Shown piece after piece: positions 18,550 through 28,148 of a stretch of DNA of 64,000 nt (position 1 is its first letter; every line of letters begins with the position of its first letter). This stretch comes from Candidatus Micrarchaeota archaeon (GTDB taxonomy: Archaea > Micrarchaeota > Micrarchaeia > Micrarchaeales > CABMGC01). The DNA lies in assembly GCA_021817125.1 (NCBI GenBank), contig JAKAWC010000001.1, positions 12,327-76,326 of the forward strand. The letters run 5' to 3'. The notes beneath the pieces are model-generated. The model saw nothing but the letters and a program-made list of their open reading frames with translations, was not told where the DNA came from and made no database searches. A program made the position numbers and the translations under genes.

Positions 18550-19547
18550 GGGGTCACTCTCTGATGATTTTCGAATACGCGGCCATGGTGGGTATACCCG
18601 TCCTGCTTGCGCTTACCGCTGTGGCTTACCTGGTATCTTTGACTGCGGCTTACCTTCCACTGGCGATCGTGCTGATGCTGGCTTTGTTCACTTACGGCAT
18701 TACGAGTTTCATCGAGATATACGCACACCGGCAGCCTGGGACGAACAGAATTGCGCTCAGGACCAGCGTTGTCGAGGGGTTTATAGGAGAGACAGAAGTG
18801 CGTGAGAAAGGAATGCGTATGCTCACCTTTAAGGTGAAAAGGTTCGATCGGGGAGACAGAGTCCTCAAAGAGTACACTTACAATGTCGCTGTTGACAAGT
18901 TTATGAGCGTGCTGGATGGGCTCTTGGGGATCAAGGACCGCATCGACCCTTCGCTGTCTATGAGATACAGCTGCAGAATGGGGATTTGTGGATCCTGTGG
19001 AATGGTCGTCAACGGGAAGCCGGCGCTGGCGTGTGAGACCAACGCAATCGCAGCCGCAAGGGAGGGCACCGTGGATGTCGGGCCCATGGAAGGCCATCAG
19101 CTGCTAAAGGACCTGGTTCCTGACTTCGACGATTTCTTCGAGAAGCATAAGTCAGTGGAGCCGCACCTCTTTAGGAACAACGCCATCGAAAAGTACAATG
19201 CGAACCGAGTCTACAAGCAGAACATGGAGCAGGAGAACAAGTTCCTGCCGTCATCGTTCTGCATAATGTGCGGACTGTGCATGGATGCCTGCCCCGTGGT
19301 GAACTCCAATCCGAATTTCATCGGGCCGCAGGCGCTGTCGCAGGCGTACAGATACCGCAACGATAACAGGGACCAGATGGGGGGCAAGAGGCTGGACCTC
19401 ATTGATACGCTTGAAGGAGTCTGGGGGTGCGAGTTCATTGGCGCATGCTCGGAGGCATGCCCTAAGGGCGTCGACCCTGCGCTCTCGATCCAGCTGCTTA
19501 AGTCCGACATAATGGCCTCCGGATTTCTGGGTAAAGACGACGACTGA
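18546..19547 (+). CDS. sdhB: succinate dehydrogenase Fe-S subunit with an N-terminal 2-TM extension
   Basis: SCRMGICGSC..LAC (2Fe-2S), CIMCGLCMDACP, CEFIGACSEACPKG; about 85-aa hydrophobic in-frame leader. Confidence 0.9.
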   Translation: MRGHSLMIFEYAAMVGIPVLLALTAVAYLVSLTAAYLPLAIVLMLALFTYGITSFIEIYAHRQPGTNRIALRTSVVEGFIGETEVREKGMRMLTFKVKRFDRGDRVLKEYTYNVAVDKFMSVLDGLLGIKDRIDPSLSMRYSCRMGICGSCGMVVNGKPALACETNAIAAAREGTVDVGPMEGHQLLKDLVPDFDDFFEKHKSVEPHLFRNNAIEKYNANRVYKQNMEQENKFLPSSFCIMCGLCMDACPVVNSNPNFIGPQALSQAYRYRNDNRDQMGGKRLDLIDTLEGVWGCEFIGACSEACPKGVDPALSIQLLKSDIMASGFLGKDDD

Positions 19548-20435
19548 TTATGGCGCAGTGTATGCGTTGGTCCATACTCCAGTGTAGCTAATACCGCTTA
19601 TCGCATTCCCACTGTAGCCATTCCCGCTGTAGTCGTTCGCGTTGCCGTTGAGCGGATACCATGCCACAAGGTACTGTGGTGATATAGGCTGACCGCCTAT
19701 CCCTTCCAGGTACAACGAATTTACCGCAGAAGGCGAGAACGAGGTGTTGTAAATCTGAATGTTTGCTATCTGCCCATTGAAGTCGTTGCCGCTGCTGGTG
19801 CAAGCCCAGTACTGCCCTATGCAGATATATGTACCAGTGGCTTGCAGGTAATTCCCTGAGGCATGGTTGTTATCCGGCGCCCCATTCAGATAAATATTCT
19901 TATAGTTCGTTTGCAGGTCGTAGGTGAATGCGGCGAAGTACCACGTATTGTCATTTAGTGCGTGCGTTCCGCCGAGGTCATCACCATAAAATCCCATGTA
20001 CAGGAAGTCATTTCTAACGACGAGATGCAGGCAGTAGTCGGTGACGCAGGTGGGTGAGAAGTCACCGAGTATTACCTGGTCGGATATCCCACTCAACTCT
20101 TTCAGCTGTGCCCCATTTATCCAGGCGGTTACTGTAAAGCTGTGGTGGTTCAATGCAGTATTTATAGCGGAGGGTACTGTGATTATGCTCGACTGGCCAT
20201 TGAATTGTGCTACCGTTTCTGGCAGCTGCCCCTGGCACGTTCCGGAGAAGAATTCCCCTGTTATGATTAGCGGTCCATCGGGTCTTACCAACGAGCACGA
20301 ACCAGGCTGTGCCTTTGGGGTCAGAGAGAATGACTGAAGGAACCCGAGCTGGTATATCGCGCCCAGCACTACTGCTATTATTATTATCGCCCACCCATAG
20401 GTCATGAGGTACTCCATGGCGGACTGGCCCTTCAT
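19548..20435 (-). CDS. LamG/concanavalin-like lectin-domain protein with a class III (pilin) signal peptide
   Basis: MKGQ|SAMEYLMTYGWAIII; FTVTAWI, WYFAAFTYD, FNGQIANIQIYN, WYPLNGNANDYSG. Confidence 0.9.
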   Translation of the reverse strand: MKGQSAMEYLMTYGWAIIIIAVVLGAIYQLGFLQSFSLTPKAQPGSCSLVRPDGPLIITGEFFSGTCQGQLPETVAQFNGQSSIITVPSAINTALNHHSFTVTAWINGAQLKELSGISDQVILGDFSPTCVTDYCLHLVVRNDFLYMGFYGDDLGGTHALNDNTWYFAAFTYDLQTNYKNIYLNGAPDNNHASGNYLQATGTYICIGQYWACTSSGNDFNGQIANIQIYNTSFSPSAVNSLYLEGIGGQPISPQYLVAWYPLNGNANDYSGNGYSGNAISGISYTGVWTNAYTAP

Positions 20436-20507
20436 CTTGAGACGGTGCATCGTAATCAGATAGAATTCAAGGCTCAGCTATTTAATCTTATTCAGGTATA
20501 TTTTGTT

Positions 20508-21890
20508 ATGGGGACATACAGGAAGGAGAGCGACGTTCTCGGCAGCGTAAGGGTGCCGGGCAGCGCATATTATGGCTCTGAGACGCAGCGCGCTGTGGAC
20601 AACTTTCCCATCTCAGGGATCATGGTTGACAAGGGGTTCATCCATTCTTATGTGATGCTCAAGCGAGCTGCAGCAATAGCGAACTTGGCAACAGGAAAGC
20701 TGGACGGTCGCACCGGGAAGGCGATTATCAGGGCCTGCGATGAGCTGCTAGCCGGAAAGTTTTTGGACCAGTTTGTGGTCGACGTCTTCCAGGCTGGCGC
20801 AGGCACTAGCGTGAACATGAACGTCAACGAGGTTCTCGCCAACCGCGCCATAGAGCTACTCGGTGGAAGGAGAGGGGACTATAAACGGGTGCACCCGAAC
20901 GACCACGTCAACATGTCCCAGTCAACGAATGATACTTACCATGCGACGATACACATCTCGGCACATATCGCCATAGATAATGAGCTTCTGCCTGCGCTGT
21001 TTGGGCTGAGCTCCGCACTGCACAAGAAGGCGAGGGAGTTTTCCAGTATAGTCAAGGTGGGCAGGACGCACCTGCAAGATGCGGTTCCGATGACCCTAGG
21101 ACAGGAATTCTCCGGATACGCCAAGTCCGTAGACGAGGTGACTGCTGCACTTGGCGCCGCTAGCTCGAAGCTTCTCGTAATCCCTCTCGGAGGCACCGCG
21201 ATAGGCACAGGCCTGAATGCATCAAAGGCATACGCGTCCAGGGTCGTGGTCGAGCTGCAGAAAATGACCAAGGAGAAGTTCAGGCTTGCGCCTAACAACT
21301 TCGCTGCGCAGTCGAGCCAGAGAGAGGAGCTTGCTGCCAGCGACGCACTGAAGGAGGTCGCCGTTGCACTTGACAAGATAGCCAATGACTTCCGCATCCT
21401 GACGTCCGGACCCCGTGCAGGCATCCATGAACTTATACTTCCGGAGGTCCAGCCTGGCTCATCCATAATGCCGGGCAAGATAAACCCGAGCATGGCGGAG
21501 ATGCTTAACATGGTCTGCTTCCAGGTCATGGGTGCGAACGCCATCATCGAAAGAGCTGCCGACTCCGGCCAGCTTGAGCTGAACGTCTTCATGCCCGTCA
21601 TAACTTTCAACCTCCTCTTCTCAATAAGGATACTGACGAATGCGGTTGGTGCATTCACGAAGAAGTGCGTGAACGGAGTCAAGGCGAACAAGGATGCGAT
21701 AAGGGAGCACCTCGAGCGGGATCTTTCGATAGTCACAGCGCTCTCGCCGTATGTAGGGTACGCGAGGGCGGCCCAGCTCGCGCGCATTGCATACAAGAAG
21801 AACAAGAACATCAAGCAGGTGGCGATGGAGCTAAAGATCCTTGATGGACCTACACTGGACAAGATACTGGATCCTAAGGGGCAGGTCTAG
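20508..21890 (+). CDS. fumC: class II fumarate hydratase / aspartate ammonia-lyase
   Basis: GTSVNMNVNEV, HPNDHVNMSQSTND, GRTHLQDA, GSSIMPGKINP; next to sdh and malic enzyme. Confidence 0.85.
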   Translation: MGTYRKESDVLGSVRVPGSAYYGSETQRAVDNFPISGIMVDKGFIHSYVMLKRAAAIANLATGKLDGRTGKAIIRACDELLAGKFLDQFVVDVFQAGAGTSVNMNVNEVLANRAIELLGGRRGDYKRVHPNDHVNMSQSTNDTYHATIHISAHIAIDNELLPALFGLSSALHKKAREFSSIVKVGRTHLQDAVPMTLGQEFSGYAKSVDEVTAALGAASSKLLVIPLGGTAIGTGLNASKAYASRVVVELQKMTKEKFRLAPNNFAAQSSQREELAASDALKEVAVALDKIANDFRILTSGPRAGIHELILPEVQPGSSIMPGKINPSMAEMLNMVCFQVMGANAIIERAADSGQLELNVFMPVITFNLLFSIRILTNAVGAFTKKCVNGVKANKDAIREHLERDLSIVTALSPYVGYARAAQLARIAYKKNKNIKQVAMELKILDGPTLDKILDPKGQV

Positions 21891-23156
21891 CTACTTGAGC
21901 GCCTTCTTCTCGATTCTCATGTACCTCTTTATCAGGAATGCAGTGTGCTTTCTTACTTCGTCCTTGTTGACGTGCACACGCGCCACACCTGTCCTCACTG
22001 CCGCATAAGCGACAGCAGATGCCACATTCGACACCGTCTTTATTGCCAATTTATGGTCGATGGGATCTGGGATTATGTATTCTGGACTGAGCCTCCTTCC
22101 GACCCCCTTTGCTATCTCAAGTGCGGCATCGTATAATATCTCGGAGTTGACATGCTTTGCCCGCGCATCGAGCAGGCCCCGCATTATGCCAGGAAATGCG
22201 AGCAGGTTGTTGACCTGGTTCGGGTTGCTGCTGCTTCCGGTTGCCACTATGTATGCCCCTGCGTCCCTCGCTTCCGTGTATTCTATCTCCGGCAGAGGGT
22301 TCGCAAGCGCGAAGACTATCGGTTTGCTGGCCATGCTGTGGATCATCCCCAGGGAAAACGCGCCGCGCTGAGACACGCCTATCAGGACGTCGGCGCCTTT
22401 CGCCGCCTCCGCGAGGTCGCCATGTTTTCCATCGGTGTTGGTGTATGCTGCTATCTCCTCCTTGAACTCGTTCATGTTCTCCTTTCGCCCCTTGTAGACC
22501 AGGCCGGCGGAGTCGACAACGTACAGGTGCGTGAACTTTGCATGGTGCAGTAGCTTTGTTATGCCAATTCCCGCAGAGCCCGATCCATTTATCACGACCT
22601 TCACTTCACCTCTCTTCTTACCGACCAGCTTGAGTGCATTGAGAAGCCCCGCCAGCACGACGACAGCCGTGCCCTCCTGGTCATCGTGAAATACGGGTAT
22701 GTCGAGCATGTCGGACAGTCTCCTGACTATCCTCAGACTCTTGGGAGCCTCTATGTCCTCGATATTGACCGCACCGAAAGTCGGTGCTATGTCCTTTACG
22801 AGCTCTATAATCTTGTTCTCGTCCGTGGTGCTTACGCAGAGCGGCACAGCGTCGACAGCGCCGTATCTCTTGAAGAGCATCGCCTTGCCTTCCATCACCG
22901 GGAGACCGGCCTTTGGCCCTATGTTCCCGAGGCCGAGTATCCTAGTCCCGTCAGAGACTATTGCTATCGTGTTCGCCTTGCCAGTGTAGTCGTAGACCAG
23001 GTCCCCGTTCTCTTTTATTGCCTCGCTGACGAATGCGACCCCAGGCGTGTAAAAAGTCGCAAGATCGTCCCTCGTCGCTATCCTTACTTTCGCGAGTATT
23101 TCGTACTTGCCATTTGCCTTCCTGTTTGCTTCCAGTACTGACTCTTTGTTTACCAT
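21891..23156 (-). CDS. NAD(P)-dependent malic enzyme
   Basis: YTPGVA, DGTRILGLG, VMEGK, FHDDQEGT, GSGSAG, FALANP, NQVNN..FPG. Confidence 0.93.
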   Translation of the reverse strand: MVNKESVLEANRKANGKYEILAKVRIATRDDLATFYTPGVAFVSEAIKENGDLVYDYTGKANTIAIVSDGTRILGLGNIGPKAGLPVMEGKAMLFKRYGAVDAVPLCVSTTDENKIIELVKDIAPTFGAVNIEDIEAPKSLRIVRRLSDMLDIPVFHDDQEGTAVVVLAGLLNALKLVGKKRGEVKVVINGSGSAGIGITKLLHHAKFTHLYVVDSAGLVYKGRKENMNEFKEEIAAYTNTDGKHGDLAEAAKGADVLIGVSQRGAFSLGMIHSMASKPIVFALANPLPEIEYTEARDAGAYIVATGSSSNPNQVNNLLAFPGIMRGLLDARAKHVNSEILYDAALEIAKGVGRRLSPEYIIPDPIDHKLAIKTVSNVASAVAYAAVRTGVARVHVNKDEVRKHTAFLIKRYMRIEKKALK

Positions 23157-23168
23157 CTTACGACACAC

Positions 23169-25070
23169 TCAGCCAACGAACGTCGGCCTCTTTGACAGTT
23201 GCATCTGCAGGGTCAGCTTGGTCTTCGGCATGCCCCTAGTCCTGTCATTTATCTCCTTCACCAGGGCATCGGCACCCATGCTCTTCTGGGCCTTGTCCTC
23301 TCGTGTCCTGACAGCGAGCTGACCCGATGCCATCTCCGTCTCACCCAGGACGCAGATGTAGGGAATCCATTCAAGTTCAGCCTCCCTCACCTTCTTGTTG
23401 AGTTTCTCATCGCTGTCATCGACGTCGACCCGTATCCCCTGCGCGGTCATTGCTTTCGCCACCTCTATCGCCTTGTCGACGTACTTCTCGGATATGGGAA
23501 CTATCCTCGCCTGCACAGGAGTAAGCCATAGGGGGAAAGAGGTAACCCTCCCCTCCTTCTCTCTCATCGCATTGAGCTCAAGCATCGAGTATATGACCCT
23601 CTCGATCGCACCGCTCGCGGAGCAGTGGAGTATCGTGGGCCTCTTCTTCTGCCCGTCTTTGTCCACGTACGACAGCTTGTACCTTTCGGCGTTCTCATGA
23701 TCGATCTGGACCGTCGAGAGGGCTGCCGCCTTGCCCATCGTGTCGATCACATTGAATTCAAACTTCGGGTCGAAGTAAGCATACCTGAATGACCAGGTCT
23801 CTATAAGCGCAGGCTTCTTCAGTTTGTCCCTTACTATGGACTTCACAAAATCCGTGTTCTCTTTCCAGAACTGTTCGGTGAACCTTATCGCCGCTTCGTA
23901 ATCATCCGCCATTATCCCCAGGGACGAGAGCACATTCTGGCAGAAGCTGAACTGGCTGAAGAACTCCCCCTTTGCTTTCTCCTCGTCGGCACACATCGTG
24001 TGCATATCCGGCATCGTAAACGCGCGGAGCCGTCTCAGCCCGGCGAGCTCTCCGCTCTTCTCGCGCCTGAAGCTATACCTTGCAAGCTCATAGACTTTGA
24101 ACGGAAGCTGCTTGTACGAGATTGTGGCGTCATGCATCATGAGGAACTGTCCGAAGCATGCGGCGAACCTGAGGAAGAAGTCCTTCTCATCCGACTTCAC
24201 TATGTAGTGCCTTGCCGGGAACCTGGAAAGATAGTCCTTGAGCGCAGGGTGCGAGTAGTCGTACATTATCGGAGTCTCAACCTCGACTGCGCCGTAGTCT
24301 ATAACGGAATCGGTGACAAACCTCTCGAGCAGGCTCTTCATCATCCTGCCGGCAGGATAGAACCTCATGTTGCCTGAATCCGACCCGGGTTCATAATCGA
24401 CGAGCTGAAGCTTGCGCATCATCTTTATATGCGGAGGCTCCTGCTGATAAGACCTCACCTTGGATATCTCATAATCGGCGAATTTCTTGAGGTTCTCGTG
24501 CCCCTTGAAGTCGAACTTATCCACAGGAGTCAGATTGCCTCCGGTGTCTAGTATATACCAAGTGGACTTTACTTTCTCCTCCTCCTTGAGTGCGTTGGAC
24601 TCTTCGATGGCATCCTTCTTTCCCGCAATACTCACTTCCTCGTTGCCCTTCCTGCTGTAGCTCCTTGACATCTCAGCAAGCGGGTGCCCCTTGACGTCAA
24701 GGTCGAGCTTCTTTGTCCAGCCGAAGGGTGCGGAGACCACCGCCAGACCTTTGTCGGCAGCTGCGGCCCTCATCGTCTTGAGTATCTCAAGAGCATCCTT
24801 CGGTGCCATTAGCTTCTCGCTGAGGTGCGCGAATGGATAGATGACAAGCGTGTTTATCTTCTGCTTCTTCGCAAAGTTGAGCGCGTCGCCTATCGCTTTC
24901 TCAGCGACAGCCTTGGTGTCCTCCTTTTCTATGGAAACGAAGACGACAAGTGCGTCCTTCACCGTAGTCTGCGTCCTGTCCGTGTCCTCAAACACCACAG
25001 CCTCTTGCTTGACGGGCTGGAAAGATATCTCGTTGACGTCTAGTTGCAGTACCTTCATCCTAACACGCAT
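23169..25070 (-). CDS. thrS: threonine--tRNA ligase (archaeal type, with N-terminal editing domain)
   Basis: YPFAHLS, PFGW.K, GHPL.E editing domain; LRFAACFG, SFRREKSGE, FTMPDMH, LHCS..GAIER. Confidence 0.96.
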   Translation of the reverse strand: MRVRMKVLQLDVNEISFQPVKQEAVVFEDTDRTQTTVKDALVVFVSIEKEDTKAVAEKAIGDALNFAKKQKINTLVIYPFAHLSEKLMAPKDALEILKTMRAAAADKGLAVVSAPFGWTKKLDLDVKGHPLAEMSRSYSRKGNEEVSIAGKKDAIEESNALKEEEKVKSTWYILDTGGNLTPVDKFDFKGHENLKKFADYEISKVRSYQQEPPHIKMMRKLQLVDYEPGSDSGNMRFYPAGRMMKSLLERFVTDSVIDYGAVEVETPIMYDYSHPALKDYLSRFPARHYIVKSDEKDFFLRFAACFGQFLMMHDATISYKQLPFKVYELARYSFRREKSGELAGLRRLRAFTMPDMHTMCADEEKAKGEFFSQFSFCQNVLSSLGIMADDYEAAIRFTEQFWKENTDFVKSIVRDKLKKPALIETWSFRYAYFDPKFEFNVIDTMGKAAALSTVQIDHENAERYKLSYVDKDGQKKRPTILHCSASGAIERVIYSMLELNAMREKEGRVTSFPLWLTPVQARIVPISEKYVDKAIEVAKAMTAQGIRVDVDDSDEKLNKKVREAELEWIPYICVLGETEMASGQLAVRTREDKAQKSMGADALVKEINDRTRGMPKTKLTLQMQLSKRPTFVG

Positions 25071-25351
25071 TGATGGAACGCTAAGCTCGGCTTAAACGCT
25101 CCATTTAGTATTATAAGAGAACATTTAATAGAATTAAGGGCTTCCCCGAGAGGAAGAATTGGCTCTAAGCACCGTAGCGGTGCGCTGGCGTTTGGAAGGA
25201 ACGACCTTTCATGCCATCACTTATAAGATCATTAACGGCACGCTCATATATAATGTTTCTGTACAAGCAACGCGGCACATCGGCTTGCGGGCAGGTAGGT
25301 ATAAAAAGGAGTTTATTTCCATCTCTTACGGTCTCGCAACAGGGTAGTGAT

Positions 25352-25873
25352 ATGGCAGCAACCAGGATAGCAGCACCGTACATACCGGTGTCTGAATATG
25401 GAGTACAGCAACGTGGGCAGGCGTTTAGGCTCGGGAGCCATACGGTTACGATAGCCACCATGAGGCATCTTGTAAACGTGTACGTAAGCAGAGATCCGGA
25501 AGGCAGGAACCCATCATTCTACACCGGGCTTGACGAAGAAATCCTGAGTTTTCATGTAAGCAATGTAGGCGGCGTTGGGGTGAAGTCTAATTTGGGACAG
25601 GAATACGGCGTGCTGCAGCGGGTCGCCTTGGGCGATAACCATGTATTCCCTACCGGCACGCTCTGGCGGGTGCTTGCGGCGAGCAGAAAGCGGTTCGATA
25701 ACCTGCTTGAAGATGGCAGCAACCCACTCGTATGGGCTGCACGCGAGGATTTTGATGCGGTTCTGGCTATGCTAAGCGCAGGCGAGTCAGGGACGACGAC
25801 AATTATGAACGTATCCGCATGGGACCTGCCGAGAGAAGGCGCACTTAGGGCGGTATACAGGAAGCGCGAATGA
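25352..25873 (+). CDS. hypothetical protein
   Basis: ATG about 45 nt after a TATAAAAA box; open frame of 173 aa; no motif recognised. Confidence 0.5.
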   Translation: MAATRIAAPYIPVSEYGVQQRGQAFRLGSHTVTIATMRHLVNVYVSRDPEGRNPSFYTGLDEEILSFHVSNVGGVGVKSNLGQEYGVLQRVALGDNHVFPTGTLWRVLAASRKRFDNLLEDGSNPLVWAAREDFDAVLAMLSAGESGTTTIMNVSAWDLPREGALRAVYRKRE

Positions 25874-25954
25874 GCAGCGGCGAGCCGCTGACTTAACCTA
25901 TCCCTGTGCGCGCATCGACGTTGCGTATTTGATACGTCATTAAGAGAGCGCGTG

Positions 25955-26383
25955 TCACTTGACCCGATAAGCTCCTCTGTATGCGGCTAGGCCTGGACTC
26001 GATGCCCCAACCGTGGGGGTGTAAGCAGGGCGTGGTGCGGCCTGCGCAGTGACGGGAGCAGATCCCGGCTCAGGCAGAACCTGAACAGGGCGTATGATTA
26101 CGCCCGGAAATGCTATCCTCAGCACCCTTTGTCCTTCCCCGGTGAGTGCGTATGTCCCGTCCTTATTCTGTGTGGCATACCTACTCTGGGGTCCGGTAAC
26201 GGATTTTAGTATGTGGGAAATATCAAACTTATCCCTCGGGAAGGCAGATGCCAACATCTGTTCCGTCTGTGGACCTCTATCGTTGATATACCGTAGGACG
26301 TGCCACATCGGTGCGATTGTCCCCGCCCCTTCTTGTGGCGCTGCCTGCTGCTGAAGCTCTTGTTTCTTCTTTCCGAATAACAT
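25955..26383 (-). CDS. hypothetical winged-helix protein
   Basis: VLRYINDRGP..LASAF..ISHILK..YALTGEGQRVL, a wHTH-like pattern. Confidence 0.55.
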   Translation of the reverse strand: MLFGKKKQELQQQAAPQEGAGTIAPMWHVLRYINDRGPQTEQMLASAFPRDKFDISHILKSVTGPQSRYATQNKDGTYALTGEGQRVLRIAFPGVIIRPVQVLPEPGSAPVTAQAAPRPAYTPTVGASSPGLAAYRGAYRVK

Positions 26384-26495
26384 CGTAGCACCGTTAATAC
26401 TTGGAGGCGATCGCCTTTTATTTGTTGTCCCTGCGCTAAAACCGGGTTATCGAGTCTGACCTTTTGAAGCACAGGTTGCTCCCGAAAAGCAAACC

Positions 26496-26526
26496 TTTAT
26501 ATATCTTATAATGTTATAACATTATA
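26496..26526 (+). promoter_or_regulatory. TATA box followed by a perfect 20-bp palindromic operator
   Basis: TTTATATA at 26496-26503, then TATAATGTTATAACATTATA (26507-26526), which is its own reverse complement, 15 nt before the RHH ATG. Confidence 0.75.
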
Positions 26527-26541
26527 GTACATGGGGAAACG

Positions 26542-26775
26542 ATGCCAAAGAAATCATCCACTCCAAGGAGGAAGTATACCACGATAACGATACCGGCGCC
26601 GCTGTTCGACAAGATAACCGAGAGGATAAAGGACACCGGATTCTCGTCGGTGTCGGACTACGTTACGTACGTCTTGCGTGAGCTCATGGCAGAGATGGCG
26701 AAGGGCACAAAGGCGGGCGTGAAGGAAGGAGAAGCGGTCATCGACAAACTCCGCGCCCTCGGTTATGTTCAGTGA
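26542..26775 (+). CDS. CopG/ribbon-helix-helix transcriptional regulator
   Basis: YTTITIPAPLFDKI...GFSSVSDYVTYVLRE; C-terminal KLRALGY. Confidence 0.88.
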   Translation: MPKKSSTPRRKYTTITIPAPLFDKITERIKDTGFSSVSDYVTYVLRELMAEMAKGTKAGVKEGEAVIDKLRALGYVQ

Positions 26776-26779
26776 TTCT

Positions 26780-27067
26780 ATGTTCGAGAAAGATATCAGG
26801 CCGATTGCGGATGCACTCTGGAAGGACCAGTCCAAGCAGAACTGGGAGGCTTTTGGCACAAGCCTGAAGAAGAGCGGCCTTAAGTATTATAGGATAGTGT
26901 TCGAGGCGGGGAAGCTCGAGAAGCAAGACGACCTGCGCACGTCCTACGCGGAGCTTTATGACGCAAAGGAGAAGCTAGTCGCGAAGATCCCGATATTTAT
27001 GACCGATGGAGCGAACGTTGAAGGCGCCACCATATATCTGAAGGGCCTTCTGAACCTGAATAGATGA
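26780..27067 (+). CDS. hypothetical protein
   Basis: Tightly packed between the RHH gene and cysD; host-like codon usage. Confidence 0.65.
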   Translation: MFEKDIRPIADALWKDQSKQNWEAFGTSLKKSGLKYYRIVFEAGKLEKQDDLRTSYAELYDAKEKLVAKIPIFMTDGANVEGATIYLKGLLNLNR

Positions 27068-27071
27068 TCGT

Positions 27072-27860
27072 ATGATACAACAAGACACAAAAGAATTGGA
27101 GGAGAGAGCAATATTCGTCATGCGGGAAGCCAAGACTAAATTTAAAAATGTCGCTGCGATGTGGTCTATGGGCAAGGACTCTACAACGATGCTCGCACTG
27201 GCAAGGAAAGCATTTCTGGGCAAAGTGCCATTCCCAGTTATCCACATTGATAACGGAATCGATTTTCCAGAGACATACGCCTTCCGGGAAGAATTAGCAA
27301 AGAAGTGGAAACTTGATTTGATAGTTGCGAAGAGCGAGATAAAACCAGAACTTTCGGGCTTTGCATGCTGTGGGGCAAATAAGACTGTTGCGTTGAAGAG
27401 AGTTATGGAAGAGCATGGGATTGATGCACTAATAGTGTCGATAAGAAGGGATGAGCACGGAATCCGCGCCAAGGAGAGGTATATGAGCCCACGAGACAAA
27501 GAATTTAAGTGGGATTATAAGAACCAGCCTGCAGAGATCTGGGATGACTACTCAAGTAAGTTGGACGCAAAAGGGCACATAAGGGTGCACCCCCTGTTAG
27601 ATTTCAATGAAATAGATATATGGCAATATGTAAAGAAGAATAAAGTCCCGGTCAACCCACTCTATTTCTCAAGGAATGGGCTGAGATTCAGATCGCTTGG
27701 TTGTACCCACTGTACGGTCGCCTTAAAGTCGGATGCAAAGAATGTCGATGATATAATAAAGGAACTTGAGAGCACTGAGACCGAAGAGAGGTCTGGCAGA
27801 AGCCAGGACAAGGAAAAGATGTACACAATGGAAAAGCTTCGCGCATTGGGATATTTCTGA
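27072..27860 (+). CDS. cysD: sulfate adenylyltransferase subunit 2
   Basis: WSMGKDS PP-loop, HIDNG, IRRDEHGIRAKER, RVHPL, FRSLGC, EERSGR.QD; upstream of cysN. Confidence 0.9.
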   Translation: MIQQDTKELEERAIFVMREAKTKFKNVAAMWSMGKDSTTMLALARKAFLGKVPFPVIHIDNGIDFPETYAFREELAKKWKLDLIVAKSEIKPELSGFACCGANKTVALKRVMEEHGIDALIVSIRRDEHGIRAKERYMSPRDKEFKWDYKNQPAEIWDDYSSKLDAKGHIRVHPLLDFNEIDIWQYVKKNKVPVNPLYFSRNGLRFRSLGCTHCTVALKSDAKNVDDIIKELESTETEERSGRSQDKEKMYTMEKLRALGYF

Positions 27861-27870
27861 GGAGGCGCTT

Positions 27871-28143
27871 ATGACTACTAAAGGTCGTAAACAATCTGCA
27901 GAATGGGTACAAAAGCGTGTAGAAGCGAGGCGGGGGTACCATCCCTCCGAGAAAACACTCAGAAAGATGCGCCAGGCGAAAGCTGGTCGCAATAACCCTT
28001 CGTTCGGAAAACCTAGAGCCAAATCCTCGGATCTAGCCGAAGCTGGATTCATCGTACTACGCTTTCGGGAACACGATGTACGAGACAATGTTGGCAGATG
28101 CGTTGAAAAGGTAATGGAAAATATTAACCAAATCAGATCGTGA
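27871..28143 (+). pseudogene. NUMOD3 / DUF559(Vsr)-like homing endonuclease remnant
   Basis: KGRKQSAEW, HPSEKTLRKMRQAK.G..NPSFGK (NUMOD3-like) joined directly to LAEAGFIVLRFREHDV (DUF559 C-terminus); catalytic core absent. Confidence 0.7.
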
Positions 28144-28148
28144 GTTCG

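Noticed and set aside
25140..25350. Small hairpin GCACCG-TAG-CGGTGC and spacer upstream of thrS as an ncRNA or leader
   Set aside because: Single short stem with no recognisable SRP, RNase P or T-box features.
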